Shown: one piece after another, positions 19,326 to 28,897 of the stretch
Layout: each line of letters opens with the position of its first letter
How positions within the stretch are numbered: the stretch's first letter is position 1
Source: a virus
Direction: 5' to 3' (one strand)
DNA length: 64,000 nucleotides
IMG/VR virus record: IMGVR_UViG_3300039208_000624
Position numbers and translations under genes: made by a program
Notes under the pieces: model-generated
What the model saw: the letters and a program-made list of their open reading frames with translations, nothing else
Told to the model about the DNA's origin: nothing
Databases searched by the model: none

Positions 19326-22300
19326 TTATCGTAGTCTCTCGACCCTGTTAGCGATAATGCCGCCTCTATCGTTAATCTCTCCAATGATCTTAACGACCAC
19401 CCCCTCTTCTATATTATGGCAGCATTGGCTCCACTGTCGCGGAAAAACTACAATATTATCCAAGAAATATGTGTGGTCTCCTCCTTCAATAAATGCCATC
19501 TCTTGGCCCGGATTCTTGCCACGCTTTGTAACAGTCTTTCTAATCTTACCAAGAGTCATGGTAATCTGAACACGATCTCCATCAGACATGGAGGCAACTT
19601 GCTTGCAAGTATTATCGGCAACGTAAGCATCAGCAAGGTTGCCGCTCAGTGGTATACCAAGAATCTCTTTTTCCCAAGAAATCTTCTGAGGAAGACTGTC
19701 GTAAATATCCGTAGAACGATACTTTACAAGAAGTTCCCGAATCTTCTCCCTGCGACGAACGTTAGGAACCTTTACTTCATACTTCTTCTTAATCTTTTCT
19801 ACCTTATCTTCGTCAGATAATCCAGCAAGAACTCTGGTAAAATCAACCTCGTTTTTTTTACCCAAATCCAAACAAAGATTCCATTCTCGTTCAGACAACG
19901 CCTTCATTAATCTGTACTGTGCCAACATCTCAACTCTGGGTAAATCGAAACAATCCAATGCACCAGATTTGATCAAACCCTCTACCGCAGTCTTGTTCTT
20001 TTTCCTGGCCCCGCCGATAAACTCTTCAAAAGAGTTGGCCTCCATAGAAAGAATCGGGCCCAACATCTTGTCGCCAACACCCTTCAAAGAAGAGAGTCCA
20101 AAAGCAATGACGCCATCATCAACAATGTCAAAATCAACATTGCGAGATCGAAAGTTTGGTGGTGTAACAATGACATCGAATAACTTGCCATCATTAATCA
20201 ACTTGTTTACTTCATCCAAAGAATCTGGCGAATGTTTTGAATTTCGAAGTTTGGCACAGAAAAACTCAGTGGTATAATTGGCTTTGAAGTAAGCTGTCTC
20301 ATAAGCGAGAAGTCCGTAACCCACCCCGTGAGCCTTATTAAAACCATAACCAGCAAACTTCTCAATAAAGCCCCAAATCTCACCCGAAACATCTTCGTTA
20401 ATGTTGCTGGCATTATTGCATCCATCAACAAAAGCCTGACGCCATTTAGCCATCTCTTCTGGCTTCTTCTTGCCCATGGCCTTGCGAACCTTGTCCGCAT
20501 CAATTAAACTCATACCGGCAAGTTTTTGGCAGATGAAGATTACCTGTTCTTGGTATAGGCATCCGCTATAAGTATCTTTCAGTATGGGCTCAAGTGCCGG
20601 ATCAAGATATCTTGCTTCTCTGTTACCAAACTTTACAGCGACATAGTCTTGGGCCATGCCGGAATTATGGACAATGAAATCACCAGCAACAAAATTGTGC
20701 CAAGGCCCTTCTACGCAAATATCATATGTTTCAACTTCTTCGAGCGGAATAGCTTCTTCAAATCGAACAAAAATAACATCATCTGTAAAAGGTAATCTAT
20801 AGCGATCTTTTGCTCTGATTAAATCTTCTTTATCAATATTTCCTTCCGTAAACATTCTGTGATGATTGGGACACATAAAGCATAGATTATCTGGAGTATT
20901 ATTAGATAATCTATTACCTTCTATGTGATTAACATCCAGGCTCCCCTCGTCCCAATCGCACATACAGCACTCATAAGGGTAGTTGTTAAAAGCTATATTG
21001 CGGAAATTTTTTCTACCATGAATATATTCGTCATCAGTGGGACGTGAGACGCCGTAACCGCGATTTGTTATAGCGATATAATCTCCAGATTTAAGTTCCG
21101 ACAACCTCTTCCAACCACCAGCGTGCGTTAAAAATCTATGATTTTGTGTTGCCTCAACATGCAGCGTTTTTCTTTGGCCCGGATTTGATTTTGAATATAC
21201 CCCATCAAGACGACAAGTCACCTTCACGTCATATACAAGCTTGACTCCACTCTTGACCACATCAAGAATTCTATTTTTGTGATAAGAAAAATCTTCCTCA
21301 TTAATAGATATGATCTTATCGGAGTATCGCTTATTCCCGGTCTTCAGAGCAGAAAAATCTTCATATAGCTCTTTTATAGTTTTGTATCTATAACACCTTC
21401 TTCCGCCTCTACCCCTATAATCCCAGAAATGAGTTAAGATTCGAGTATTTCCGCTAAGACACTCCAAGGGGCCGGGTCTTATGATGCTCACCAAATCTGA
21501 CAGCTCGTCAATAGTGGACGGTTTAGTCGCCTTCGACCATGTTTTACCAAGCTGTTTTTCAAGCTGAAAAATGCCGCCAGTTCTTCCTTGGTGAAATATA
21601 GCGTAGGTATTCATATCGTCTAAAGGCAACTCTTCTCTGTCGACAGTCTTTCCTGTTCTTTCTCTCACAATATCAATGCATTCAGAAACATCATCTAATG
21701 TGGTAAGACCAAGAATGTCGAGCTTAAGAAGGCTGAGTGCGTCTACCGCACCCATATCATAAGCGAAAATAAGATCTCCGCCTTTTGTACGACAAAGGGG
21801 ATAGCTACTCTCGTGGAACGGAGTGTCAGAAATTACAACCGCGGCGGCATGCATGCCAATTGACTTGTAGCAACCCTCAAGAGCTTTAGCGATGGCAAAC
21901 CACGCTTTATGCTTCTTTTCATATTCTCTAAGCTCTGGAGACATAGACAGAGCCTCTTCAAGGGTGACTGCCTGATGATCGTCATTCTTTAATGGAACAA
22001 AAGATGTAATACGATTCGCTTCCTCAAAAGGCATTTCGTAGGCACGAAAAACTTCCTTAAGAACAGATCTCGCACCTAAAGCATTGAAAGTTACAAGCTG
22101 GGCAACATTACCTTCGCCAAATCTTTCTCGAATATATCCAAGCACTTCTTGTCTACGAGACTTAGGGACATCTGTATCGATATCCGGCAATCCTCCTCGA
22201 CCTTTATTTAAGAATCGCTCCCAAACAAGGCCGTATGGCAGGGGATCAATATCTGTGATACCAAGACAATAGCTTACAAGAGATCCTCCGGCAGAACCGC

Positions 22301-23402
22301 GACCCTTGCCAAGCAGAATATCCTGCTGTCTAACCCAGCTACATACATCATGTACGATCAAAAAATAGTCATCAAATCCCATCTCATGTATATCACCAAG
22401 CTCTCTCTCTAAGCGATCTTGGTAGTCACGGAGATTACTTTTTGATATCAGTCCGCGACGTTTCATCCCCTCTTCGGCCAAATGCCGAAGGTAGCCCTCA
22501 GAAGTTCTATTATCCGGCACGAATTGATATTTAGGCAACCTACGTTTCTTGAGGTCTATTGTAACGTTGCATCGCTCAGCAATTTGCCCAGTCAAGCCAA
22601 TCTCGTCGTCAGTAAAACCATCCATCTCATCCTCAGACTTAATGTAATACCCCTCTTCAGAGAAATCTGTATAAGTCATCTTGTTGAACTGATTGGATGC
22701 CATAATCAAAAGAGTTCTGTGTGCCTCAGCATCGCCACGCCCAACATAGTGAACGTTGTTTGTAGCAATAGTCTGAAGACCCCTCTTCTTAGCAATTGCC
22801 CTAAGATTTTCATTAATCTGCTTCTGATGCTCAAGGCCGTTATTCTGCACCTCAAGGTAAAGATGATCAGAATCAAACGTACGCATAAGCTTTCGTAACA
22901 AAGCTTCAGCACGAAAAGTTGCCACCGGCTGTGAAATACTACCGTCATCACCTTGATGGTCATACAGAAAGTTTCCCATAATTCCATCAGATCCGCCCGT
23001 AAGAACAATCACTCCCTCCGAATGCTGTTCCAGAAGATCAAAATCGATTCGCGGCCGATAGAAGAAGTAATCTTCATCATTGGCGGCAGACAACAGTCTT
23101 GTAATGTTTTGCCACCCTCGGTCGTTTTCAGCCAACAAAGTGATGTGATAGGACGATCTATTCTTATTTCTTCTATACTCAGCGGCATCCTCTACAAAAA
23201 AGAAATCGCATCCCAAAATAGGCTTGATGCCCTGAGAGGTAGCCTCTCTGTAGAAAGGAATAGCATTAAAGACATTGGAGTAGTCGGTAAGAGCGATAGA
23301 CGTTTGTCCAAGCTCTTTGGCTCGTGCAACTACATCCTTCACTTTGCACGAAGCATACAGCATCGACGCATTGGACTTAACATTGAGATGTGCAAAACTC
23401 AT
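19326..23402 (-). CDS. dnaE: DNA polymerase III alpha subunit (family C), intein-containing
   Basis: PHP domain, GRGSAGGSLVSYCLGIT, GLPDIDTD catalytic motif, KLDILGL, GIFQLE, IRPGP, LYQEQV, RKAMGKKK, FAGYGFNKAH, GLSSLKGVG, C-terminal OB fold. Confidence 0.97.
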   Translation of the reverse strand: MSFAHLNVKSNASMLYASCKVKDVVARAKELGQTSIALTDYSNVFNAIPFYREATSQGIKPILGCDFFFVEDAAEYRRNKNRSSYHITLLAENDRGWQNITRLLSAANDEDYFFYRPRIDFDLLEQHSEGVIVLTGGSDGIMGNFLYDHQGDDGSISQPVATFRAEALLRKLMRTFDSDHLYLEVQNNGLEHQKQINENLRAIAKKRGLQTIATNNVHYVGRGDAEAHRTLLIMASNQFNKMTYTDFSEEGYYIKSEDEMDGFTDDEIGLTGQIAERCNVTIDLKKRRLPKYQFVPDNRTSEGYLRHLAEEGMKRRGLISKSNLRDYQDRLERELGDIHEMGFDDYFLIVHDVCSWVRQQDILLGKGRGSAGGSLVSYCLGITDIDPLPYGLVWERFLNKGRGGLPDIDTDVPKSRRQEVLGYIRERFGEGNVAQLVTFNALGARSVLKEVFRAYEMPFEEANRITSFVPLKNDDHQAVTLEEALSMSPELREYEKKHKAWFAIAKALEGCYKSIGMHAAAVVISDTPFHESSYPLCRTKGGDLIFAYDMGAVDALSLLKLDILGLTTLDDVSECIDIVRERTGKTVDREELPLDDMNTYAIFHQGRTGGIFQLEKQLGKTWSKATKPSTIDELSDLVSIIRPGPLECLSGNTRILTHFWDYRGRGGRRCYRYKTIKELYEDFSALKTGNKRYSDKIISINEEDFSYHKNRILDVVKSGVKLVYDVKVTCRLDGVYSKSNPGQRKTLHVEATQNHRFLTHAGGWKRLSELKSGDYIAITNRGYGVSRPTDDEYIHGRKNFRNIAFNNYPYECCMCDWDEGSLDVNHIEGNRLSNNTPDNLCFMCPNHHRMFTEGNIDKEDLIRAKDRYRLPFTDDVIFVRFEEAIPLEEVETYDICVEGPWHNFVAGDFIVHNSGMAQDYVAVKFGNREARYLDPALEPILKDTYSGCLYQEQVIFICQKLAGMSLIDADKVRKAMGKKKPEEMAKWRQAFVDGCNNASNINEDVSGEIWGFIEKFAGYGFNKAHGVGYGLLAYETAYFKANYTTEFFCAKLRNSKHSPDSLDEVNKLINDGKLFDVIVTPPNFRSRNVDFDIVDDGVIAFGLSSLKGVGDKMLGPILSMEANSFEEFIGGARKKNKTAVEGLIKSGALDCFDLPRVEMLAQYRLMKALSEREWNLCLDLGKKNEVDFTRVLAGLSDEDKVEKIKKKYEVKVPNVRRREKIRELLVKYRSTDIYDSLPQKISWEKEILGIPLSGNLADAYVADNTCKQVASMSDGDRVQITMTLGKIRKTVTKRGKNPGQEMAFIEGGDHTYFLDNIVVFPRQWSQCCHNIEEGVVVKIIGEINDRGGIIANRVERLR
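20664..21461 (-). mobile_element. Intein (266 aa) in DnaE carrying an HNH endonuclease domain
   Basis: Inserted between RPGPLE and SGMAQDY. Block A CLSGNTRIL, block B ATQNHRFLT..GWKRLSEL, blocks F/G ETYDICVEGPWHNFVAGDFIVHN|S; internal CCMC...DVNHIEGNRLSNNTPDNLCFMCPNHH. Visibly AT-richer than its flanks. Confidence 0.95.
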
Positions 23403-24175
23403 TAGATCATATCGTCCTTCAGAGACTCCTTTGAAACTCGGCGTCCCTTACGCTTCGTTGGAGCTGTTATTGTTTCGCCAACCTTTTTAGTTTGACGCTG
23501 ACGCTGAACAGAAACCTGCTGACCTGACTGATCGTCGTAAACCTCCATACGGCCCTTACGCATATCTTTGATTCGCCTGCCGGCACGTCTTTCAAACTCT
23601 GTTTCTTTGTATATCATACCGCCTTTGGCCCGTTCATAGTTTCCACGAACAGGTTCAGGACATCTTGCCTTATCCCATACGTCGCCAACCCGAACCTTCG
23701 TCTTAATTCCAATGGTAGATCTTGGTAATTCGAGAGAAAGACCGCTTACCGACTTCATCTTGCATCGACACACCCTCTTTTTTCCGCTCTTTTCCGATAT
23801 AATGTTGTGCCTACAAAACAATTCTTTCTTGTCAAGCATATCCTTAAGCTGATGGGGCGTTGCTTGAATATTCTCGTACACCTCCTCGCCGTTTTCCAAA
23901 GTCCATGAAATGTTTATCATGCCGTTTGTAAAAGGATAAAATTCGGTGATGTGTCCATGCTTACAAGAAAATTCGCAAGTCCTATCGTACCATTGTTCTT
24001 GCTGCTCTTCGTCAAAAGGAACAATCTTAGAATTGACTGGCTCGTCTTGAGTACGACAAATAGGACACACTCGATGTCCGGATTCTGCCAACTTGATAAA
24101 CCTGTTATACTTACTATCGGCAATCTCCAAAGCAATGATGTGGTCTCGCTCACATTTAAAGTGATATGCACTCAT
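23402..24175 (-). CDS. Cys/His-rich (multi Zn-finger-like) hypothetical protein
   Basis: FKCERDH...CPIC, FSCKHGH, FCRH...CRC and a basic C-terminal half. Start ATG 24175 overlaps the clpP stop (ORF track 24220). Confidence 0.65.
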   Translation of the reverse strand: MSAYHFKCERDHIIALEIADSKYNRFIKLAESGHRVCPICRTQDEPVNSKIVPFDEEQQEQWYDRTCEFSCKHGHITEFYPFTNGMINISWTLENGEEVYENIQATPHQLKDMLDKKELFCRHNIISEKSGKKRVCRCKMKSVSGLSLELPRSTIGIKTKVRVGDVWDKARCPEPVRGNYERAKGGMIYKETEFERRAGRRIKDMRKGRMEVYDDQSGQQVSVQRQRQTKKVGETITAPTKRKGRRVSKESLKDDMI

Positions 24176-24759
24176 TCTTCGCCACCTTTTTGATCCCAAA
24201 TTTTGTCCGCCACTCCCCAATCAAGAGCTTCGTCGGCTGTAAAAAATGTGTCCGTCCCCTTCTTTGTCTTAGAAGTCCAGAAACGAAAATCCTTGTTTGT
24301 GTGTTTCGCTAAAGCTCTACACCATTGCTCACGAACATGCTTGGCATGCTTGATCTGCACCTCCGCTTGTTCGGTATTCATTTCCGGCAAAGCACCCCAC
24401 GAATCGTGTATCATAAAAAAGCAATGAGGGGAGCACCATCGATTACCTTTATCGCCCGCGGCAAGCAAGAGAGGTGTAGCACTCTGGCATTTTCCATACG
24501 CAAACGTGTTAATTGGACATTGAATAGTGTTGAGAATATCATAGAGGGCAAACATCTCATAGATATCTCCGCCGCAAGATGACAGAAACAATTCAATAGG
24601 ATCTTTGCCATCCTGATTCTCCATGAGATAAAGACCTTTAACCACGTCGGTCACTGTATCTTCATCAATCTCGTCAACGAGAAATATGCGTCGATTAGCT
24701 ACGTCGACACCATGATCAAAATATGCATCTACCCAATCTTTGTTAAGTCTTTTTGCCAT
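24172..24759 (-). CDS. clpP: ClpP-family protease proteolytic subunit
   Basis: NRRIFL..EID, PIELFLSSCGG.IYEMFALYD, GKCQSA (catalytic Ser), FMIHD (His), DTFFTADEALDWGVAD (Asp). Confidence 0.9.
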   Translation of the reverse strand: MAKRLNKDWVDAYFDHGVDVANRRIFLVDEIDEDTVTDVVKGLYLMENQDGKDPIELFLSSCGGDIYEMFALYDILNTIQCPINTFAYGKCQSATPLLLAAGDKGNRWCSPHCFFMIHDSWGALPEMNTEQAEVQIKHAKHVREQWCRALAKHTNKDFRFWTSKTKKGTDTFFTADEALDWGVADKIWDQKGGEE

Positions 24760-25708
24760 GATCCCTGTCTACCTCAAATGGGCCGCCCCACGTTTTCTTA
24801 CAAACAGCAAGATCGCACAAATACTTACATTTGAACTCTCGATCTGGATTGTTGGTAACCCGTCTAATCTTGGTTGCATTTTGAATCTCAAAGACCTTGT
24901 ACATCAACTCATCCTGAATACGATTTCGCATAGCTTCAGAAAAAACTGTTGTAATAGGTTTGCCCTGAAAGTAATCAAACGTCAAAACAACATACTTGTA
25001 ATTGTATCCGCGGTTGTTCACGTCCTCAACAAATTCTTGATGAGCCGCCCAAGCATACCCTCTTACCTGAACATCATCACGACATTCCGACTCATCTTGA
25101 GTATGTACGCCGCTCTTGTAATCGATGATCTCAATAGTCTCCGAATCTCTCTCTACAACAAGATCTGCAAAACCACGAAATAAAACGTCCGTACCTGGAA
25201 TGGGTACCATGAATTCGTACTCAACCCCAACAGCCTCTCCCGATTCATCTCTCAAGACAAGTGGCCAGATTTCCTTCTCGTACTGCTGTATAACGCCGTC
25301 AAGCATATCGACCGAACCTTCAAACAGGTATCGTGGACAGCCCGATAAATTGTCGAGGCTCTCATTAGAGATACTGCATTTACTTCCTTTTTTGAAAGGA
25401 CACGAATCACAGTATGGCTTCTTGTTTGCAAAATCCTTTGGCTTGGCCCACTTCAGAGGGGATTCAGGTACAGTCGGTTTGCCAAACTTGTCCACCTCAA
25501 GCTCGCCACGATAACCCTTATAAAGACACTTAACATAATCCTTATCTTCGTCAAGCACATACTTCTCAAGTATTGCATGGAGTAAAGAGCCATGCACGGC
25601 TCCCCAGTTGGTCTTAAGCGTTTCCTTACTGTGATAGTTAAGGAAATACTTGTAAAGGCAGTGATCAAACGTCTTGATTCTGCTCGGACTTACAGAGTGG
25701 ATGTACAT
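24743..25708 (-). CDS. PD-(D/E)XK exonuclease, AddB/Cas4-like with Cys clusters
   Basis: SPSRIKTFDHCLYKY, GSLLHAILE, EYEF, RGFADLV, IIDYKSG, QVRGYAWA, C-terminal CKYLCDLAVC. Confidence 0.85.
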   Translation of the reverse strand: MYIHSVSPSRIKTFDHCLYKYFLNYHSKETLKTNWGAVHGSLLHAILEKYVLDEDKDYVKCLYKGYRGELEVDKFGKPTVPESPLKWAKPKDFANKKPYCDSCPFKKGSKCSISNESLDNLSGCPRYLFEGSVDMLDGVIQQYEKEIWPLVLRDESGEAVGVEYEFMVPIPGTDVLFRGFADLVVERDSETIEIIDYKSGVHTQDESECRDDVQVRGYAWAAHQEFVEDVNNRGYNYKYVVLTFDYFQGKPITTVFSEAMRNRIQDELMYKVFEIQNATKIRRVTNNPDREFKCKYLCDLAVCKKTWGGPFEVDRDHGKKT

Positions 25709-26721
25709 GGAAATGTTTCCAATATCTCTTCGTTAGACATAGACCCAGGATCATTAGAGTTTTTGAATTCAATGTCTCGAATCTCAATCATGTTTCCAAC
25801 AATATCCTCCATGCGAACATTGGCTTTTTGACCCGCTTTATCTGGATCATAACCTCGATAGAGAACATTAACGCCAAGCTGGACAAGCAGTGTTCTGTGG
25901 CCTGGGCCAAAGGCTACTCCAAGAGTGGCACCACTATTATGTATGCCTGCCTGTTCAAGCCTCAAAACATCTTTAGGACCTTCTACAAGAATAAAAGCCT
26001 TCTCTGGTCCAAGAAAGTCTTTAGCACTGTAAAGATTGTAGATTAATGATCCTGTTTGCAACTCATCCCTACGAGGAAAGCGATCGAAGCGTCTGGCATG
26101 CAGCCACTTTTCAATTTCTCGCTGTTTATAATCTTCGTGTATCGTGCGTGCCGTGAAGCCGACAAGGTTTTTATCTACATCTCTTACCGGAAACACAACC
26201 CGCTCATGCATAAACGTTCCCGGTCTTTCCCAGTATCCCACTTCATATCTCTTGAGAACTTCAGAGGTATATCCCTGATCAAGCATATACTGTGGCGGAG
26301 TTCCCGCATTAATAAATCTCAGAACATTCTCTGACACATGCCTGTGTCTATGAAGCTCGCCTCTACTTCGCCTCTTTCTGAGATGAGTAACGTCAACTGC
26401 TTGAGCTGCTTCAGGATCACTCAGTATCTTCTCTGTCCATACACAAACTTCATCAAAACTCTTGTCCAGTATGCTCCAAATAATGCCAAGAGAATCATTA
26501 CCAAAAACCTCTTGGCAGTGATGCGTCCAACACGTCCATCTTCCAAGATCTAAACGCCAGCTAAAAGCAGTTGGATTATCTCTATCTCCTTCGTGCTGCT
26601 TGCACGGACATCTTGCCTGAAGCATATCTCCACGACGACTATAGCGGACGCCAAGTTTATCCAATATATATGGCATTCTTTTGGCGGCCTCTTTACGAAG
26701 ATCAGTCTTCGTCATCATCAT
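25690..26721 (-). CDS. dnaG: DNA primase (DnaG-type: Zn-binding + TOPRIM)
   Basis: CPCKQH...WTCWTHHC Zn domain, RVVFPVRD...VGFTAR, ILVEGPKDVLRL, GYDPDKAG, NDPGSM. Start placed at the MMMT run (26721-26715; ORF track 26784). Confidence 0.88.
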   Translation of the reverse strand: MMMTKTDLRKEAAKRMPYILDKLGVRYSRRGDMLQARCPCKQHEGDRDNPTAFSWRLDLGRWTCWTHHCQEVFGNDSLGIIWSILDKSFDEVCVWTEKILSDPEAAQAVDVTHLRKRRSRGELHRHRHVSENVLRFINAGTPPQYMLDQGYTSEVLKRYEVGYWERPGTFMHERVVFPVRDVDKNLVGFTARTIHEDYKQREIEKWLHARRFDRFPRRDELQTGSLIYNLYSAKDFLGPEKAFILVEGPKDVLRLEQAGIHNSGATLGVAFGPGHRTLLVQLGVNVLYRGYDPDKAGQKANVRMEDIVGNMIEIRDIEFKNSNDPGSMSNEEILETFPCTSTL

Positions 26722-28186
26722 TATTGAACCGACGCCTATTCTGTTCCCGTGCTTGCTGCCGCCTTCTTTCTCTCTCTGCGGCAAAATTCACGCTGCTGAG
26801 ACCTATTTCAGTGAAGTCTCCACAAGAAAGATCAGAACTCATATTAATATGAGCACCCGGTGTACCAGGACCAAATCGAGATACAAACACACGCATTAGA
26901 TGTGTGCCATTCGGGTCCATAGAACGCTCTTCTTCCGTCTTCTTTTTGAACAAACTTACCGAGGACACGTTCTCTATGATACGCTTAGCTCCCGCGATAC
27001 AATTGACGTCATCATCAATCTCTCTGTTGGTCTGACCAAAACTCAATACGGGAATGTGGAACTTGTTTGCGAAATCATGAAGCGACGCAACGTTAAGTCC
27101 GTGTACCTGATACTCCTGTAGTTTACCACCACGCAGCTCATCAACTGTAGCAAGCTTAATATAGTCATAAACAACAAGACATTGCGGCAAGGTTGCTTCT
27201 CTGTCTGGCTTTACCTTGGTTAGGAGCCAGCGACGCATGTGGGGGATGACTTCCGAAACACTCATACCCGAGCACTTAAAATACTCTATGGGCAGATTCT
27301 TAACCACATCCCATAGTTTCGGACTTTTCATCTTCTCTCTATACTCGCGAATCTTATCGATGTCATCTTGCTCCATGCCCAGATCTCTAAGATCTTCTTC
27401 CTTCATGTTCCAAAATCCATTCTCCAGAATATCATATGGAACCTGTGCGAGCATCCCCACAAGTCTAATCTGCTGATCCTGTTTTGTCAACTCGGAATCC
27501 GCAATAAATACCGGAAGACCAAGCTTATGTGCCACCAAAATCGCCGCCTTGAGAGCAAACTGAGACTTTCCCGCCTTCGCTGTTGCTGCAACGAACGTTA
27601 CGGAGCCATTCTTTAGTTGGCCAACCCGCGACTCAAAAATTGGCATTCCAATATCAAGTCCGGCGTAACCGGGATTCTCAGACATCTTTTCCAAAAGTTC
27701 CCGAGCACCCTTACCAAGCTGCGTAGGAACACGCTCACCTTGATCAAGCACTTGAACTTGACTAACAACACCATCCTCTACGCGAGAAATTATCTCATGC
27801 AGAGGATCTCCAGTAGATTGCAAGTATTCACTAAGATCCCGAAACTCTTGCTCTATTCTCGCCACATAAGACTGCCGTTTAACTTCAAGAAATTGATTCT
27901 TGATGTCATCCACACCGACGTCTTCGTTTGTCAACTCATTTAGTGCGGTCCGAATCGCCGAAGCGGCATTACCATAACCAAGAGAGCTTGCCTCTGCTAC
28001 TATCTTTGATATACTAAGCTTTATGGCCTCCTTATCCAGGACAAGGGATCGAATGGCTTCGTAAACCATCCTATATCCCTTCTTGGAAAAATCATCTTCA
28101 GATAAATAGGTGGAGTAATCCAGAAAAGTATTCGGATGTCTGATAAAGCCGGACAGAAGAAGTTTTTCGGACTGAATGTTAGCCAT
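26702..28186 (-). CDS. dnaB: Replicative DNA helicase (DnaB/SF4)
   Basis: Walker A AATAKAGKSQF, DSEL, VVYDYIKL, QTNR, RFGP. Start ATG 28186 with GAGGAG RBS (ORF track 28201). Confidence 0.9.
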   Translation of the reverse strand: MANIQSEKLLLSGFIRHPNTFLDYSTYLSEDDFSKKGYRMVYEAIRSLVLDKEAIKLSISKIVAEASSLGYGNAASAIRTALNELTNEDVGVDDIKNQFLEVKRQSYVARIEQEFRDLSEYLQSTGDPLHEIISRVEDGVVSQVQVLDQGERVPTQLGKGARELLEKMSENPGYAGLDIGMPIFESRVGQLKNGSVTFVAATAKAGKSQFALKAAILVAHKLGLPVFIADSELTKQDQQIRLVGMLAQVPYDILENGFWNMKEEDLRDLGMEQDDIDKIREYREKMKSPKLWDVVKNLPIEYFKCSGMSVSEVIPHMRRWLLTKVKPDREATLPQCLVVYDYIKLATVDELRGGKLQEYQVHGLNVASLHDFANKFHIPVLSFGQTNREIDDDVNCIAGAKRIIENVSSVSLFKKKTEEERSMDPNGTHLMRVFVSRFGPGTPGAHINMSSDLSCGDFTEIGLSSVNFAAERERRRQQAREQNRRRFNNDDDED

Positions 28187-28499
28187 CAAACTCCTCATCA
28201 ATTTGACTCTTAAGCTGCATGATTGCTTTTTCTGTGTGATACTTTTCCTTCATCGTATCCCAGACTCCAGGAGGTATAATCTCTCCAAGACCATCAAAAT
28301 TTACCTCGTCCAAGTCTTTGTAATATCGAGTACCAGCTAATCCAACAGCATCATCAAACTCTGCGTAAGCAGTAAAGTTTTCTGTATCTCCTTCCTCGAT
28401 TTGCTTTATTAAAAACCGAAGATAGGATAAGAGCTGTCTCTTGTCTAAAGCAGTAGCTCTAACCACCAAACAAAGACGTTTTTCTATTGGCTCTGACAT
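28179..28499 (-). CDS. Hypothetical protein (106 aa)
   Basis: Operon-coupled ORF; no family recognised. Confidence 0.6.
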   Translation of the reverse strand: MSEPIEKRLCLVVRATALDKRQLLSYLRFLIKQIEEGDTENFTAYAEFDDAVGLAGTRYYKDLDEVNFDGLGEIIPPGVWDTMKEKYHTEKAIMQLKSQIDEEFDG

Positions 28500-28897
28500 A
28501 TCAAATCTCGTAGTCCATCTGCGTCAACTGTTTCAAACACCTCAATCAATCGTATGCCATTCAGAACACACCAAGATTTTTTATCAAGATCTCGCTGCTG
28601 CTGTCTTTCAAATGCAGCTCTGGTACGATGAAAATGGGGGCTAAATTCTGTGTGCTGTTTGCCTTGAAATTCAAAGGCAATCTTGTGATTTGGCAAAAAG
28701 AAGTCCAACGAAAGCCTCGTGCCAATGACGGGAAATTCTTCAAGTATTACAGCTTGTTCGCTGTATACCTGCTGAATTACTCTTCCAAGTAAATACTGAC
28801 TCTTTGACTTACTGGCTTGCTCGCTCCTCAGAGGGTACTTGCTCGGCAGCACTTCTACCGACATCTCCCTCCCCGTCAGCGTCACAAATTTCATCAT
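28484..28897 (-). CDS. PD-(D/E)XK / Vsr-DUF559-like endonuclease
   Basis: ILEEFPV, LSLDFFLP..KIAFEFQGKQH, RD..KKSWC.LNGIRLIEV. Start at MMKFVTL (28897/28894) with a GGAGGA RBS. Confidence 0.75.
   Translation of the reverse strand: MMKFVTLTGREMSVEVLPSKYPLRSEQASKSKSQYLLGRVIQQVYSEQAVILEEFPVIGTRLSLDFFLPNHKIAFEFQGKQHTEFSPHFHRTRAAFERQQQRDLDKKSWCVLNGIRLIEVFETVDADGLRDLICQSQ

Noticed and set aside
24743-25708. Calling the nuclease a CRISPR-associated cas4
   Set aside because: No cas1/cas2 or array nearby; its context among primase, helicase and RecA fits a recombination exonuclease.
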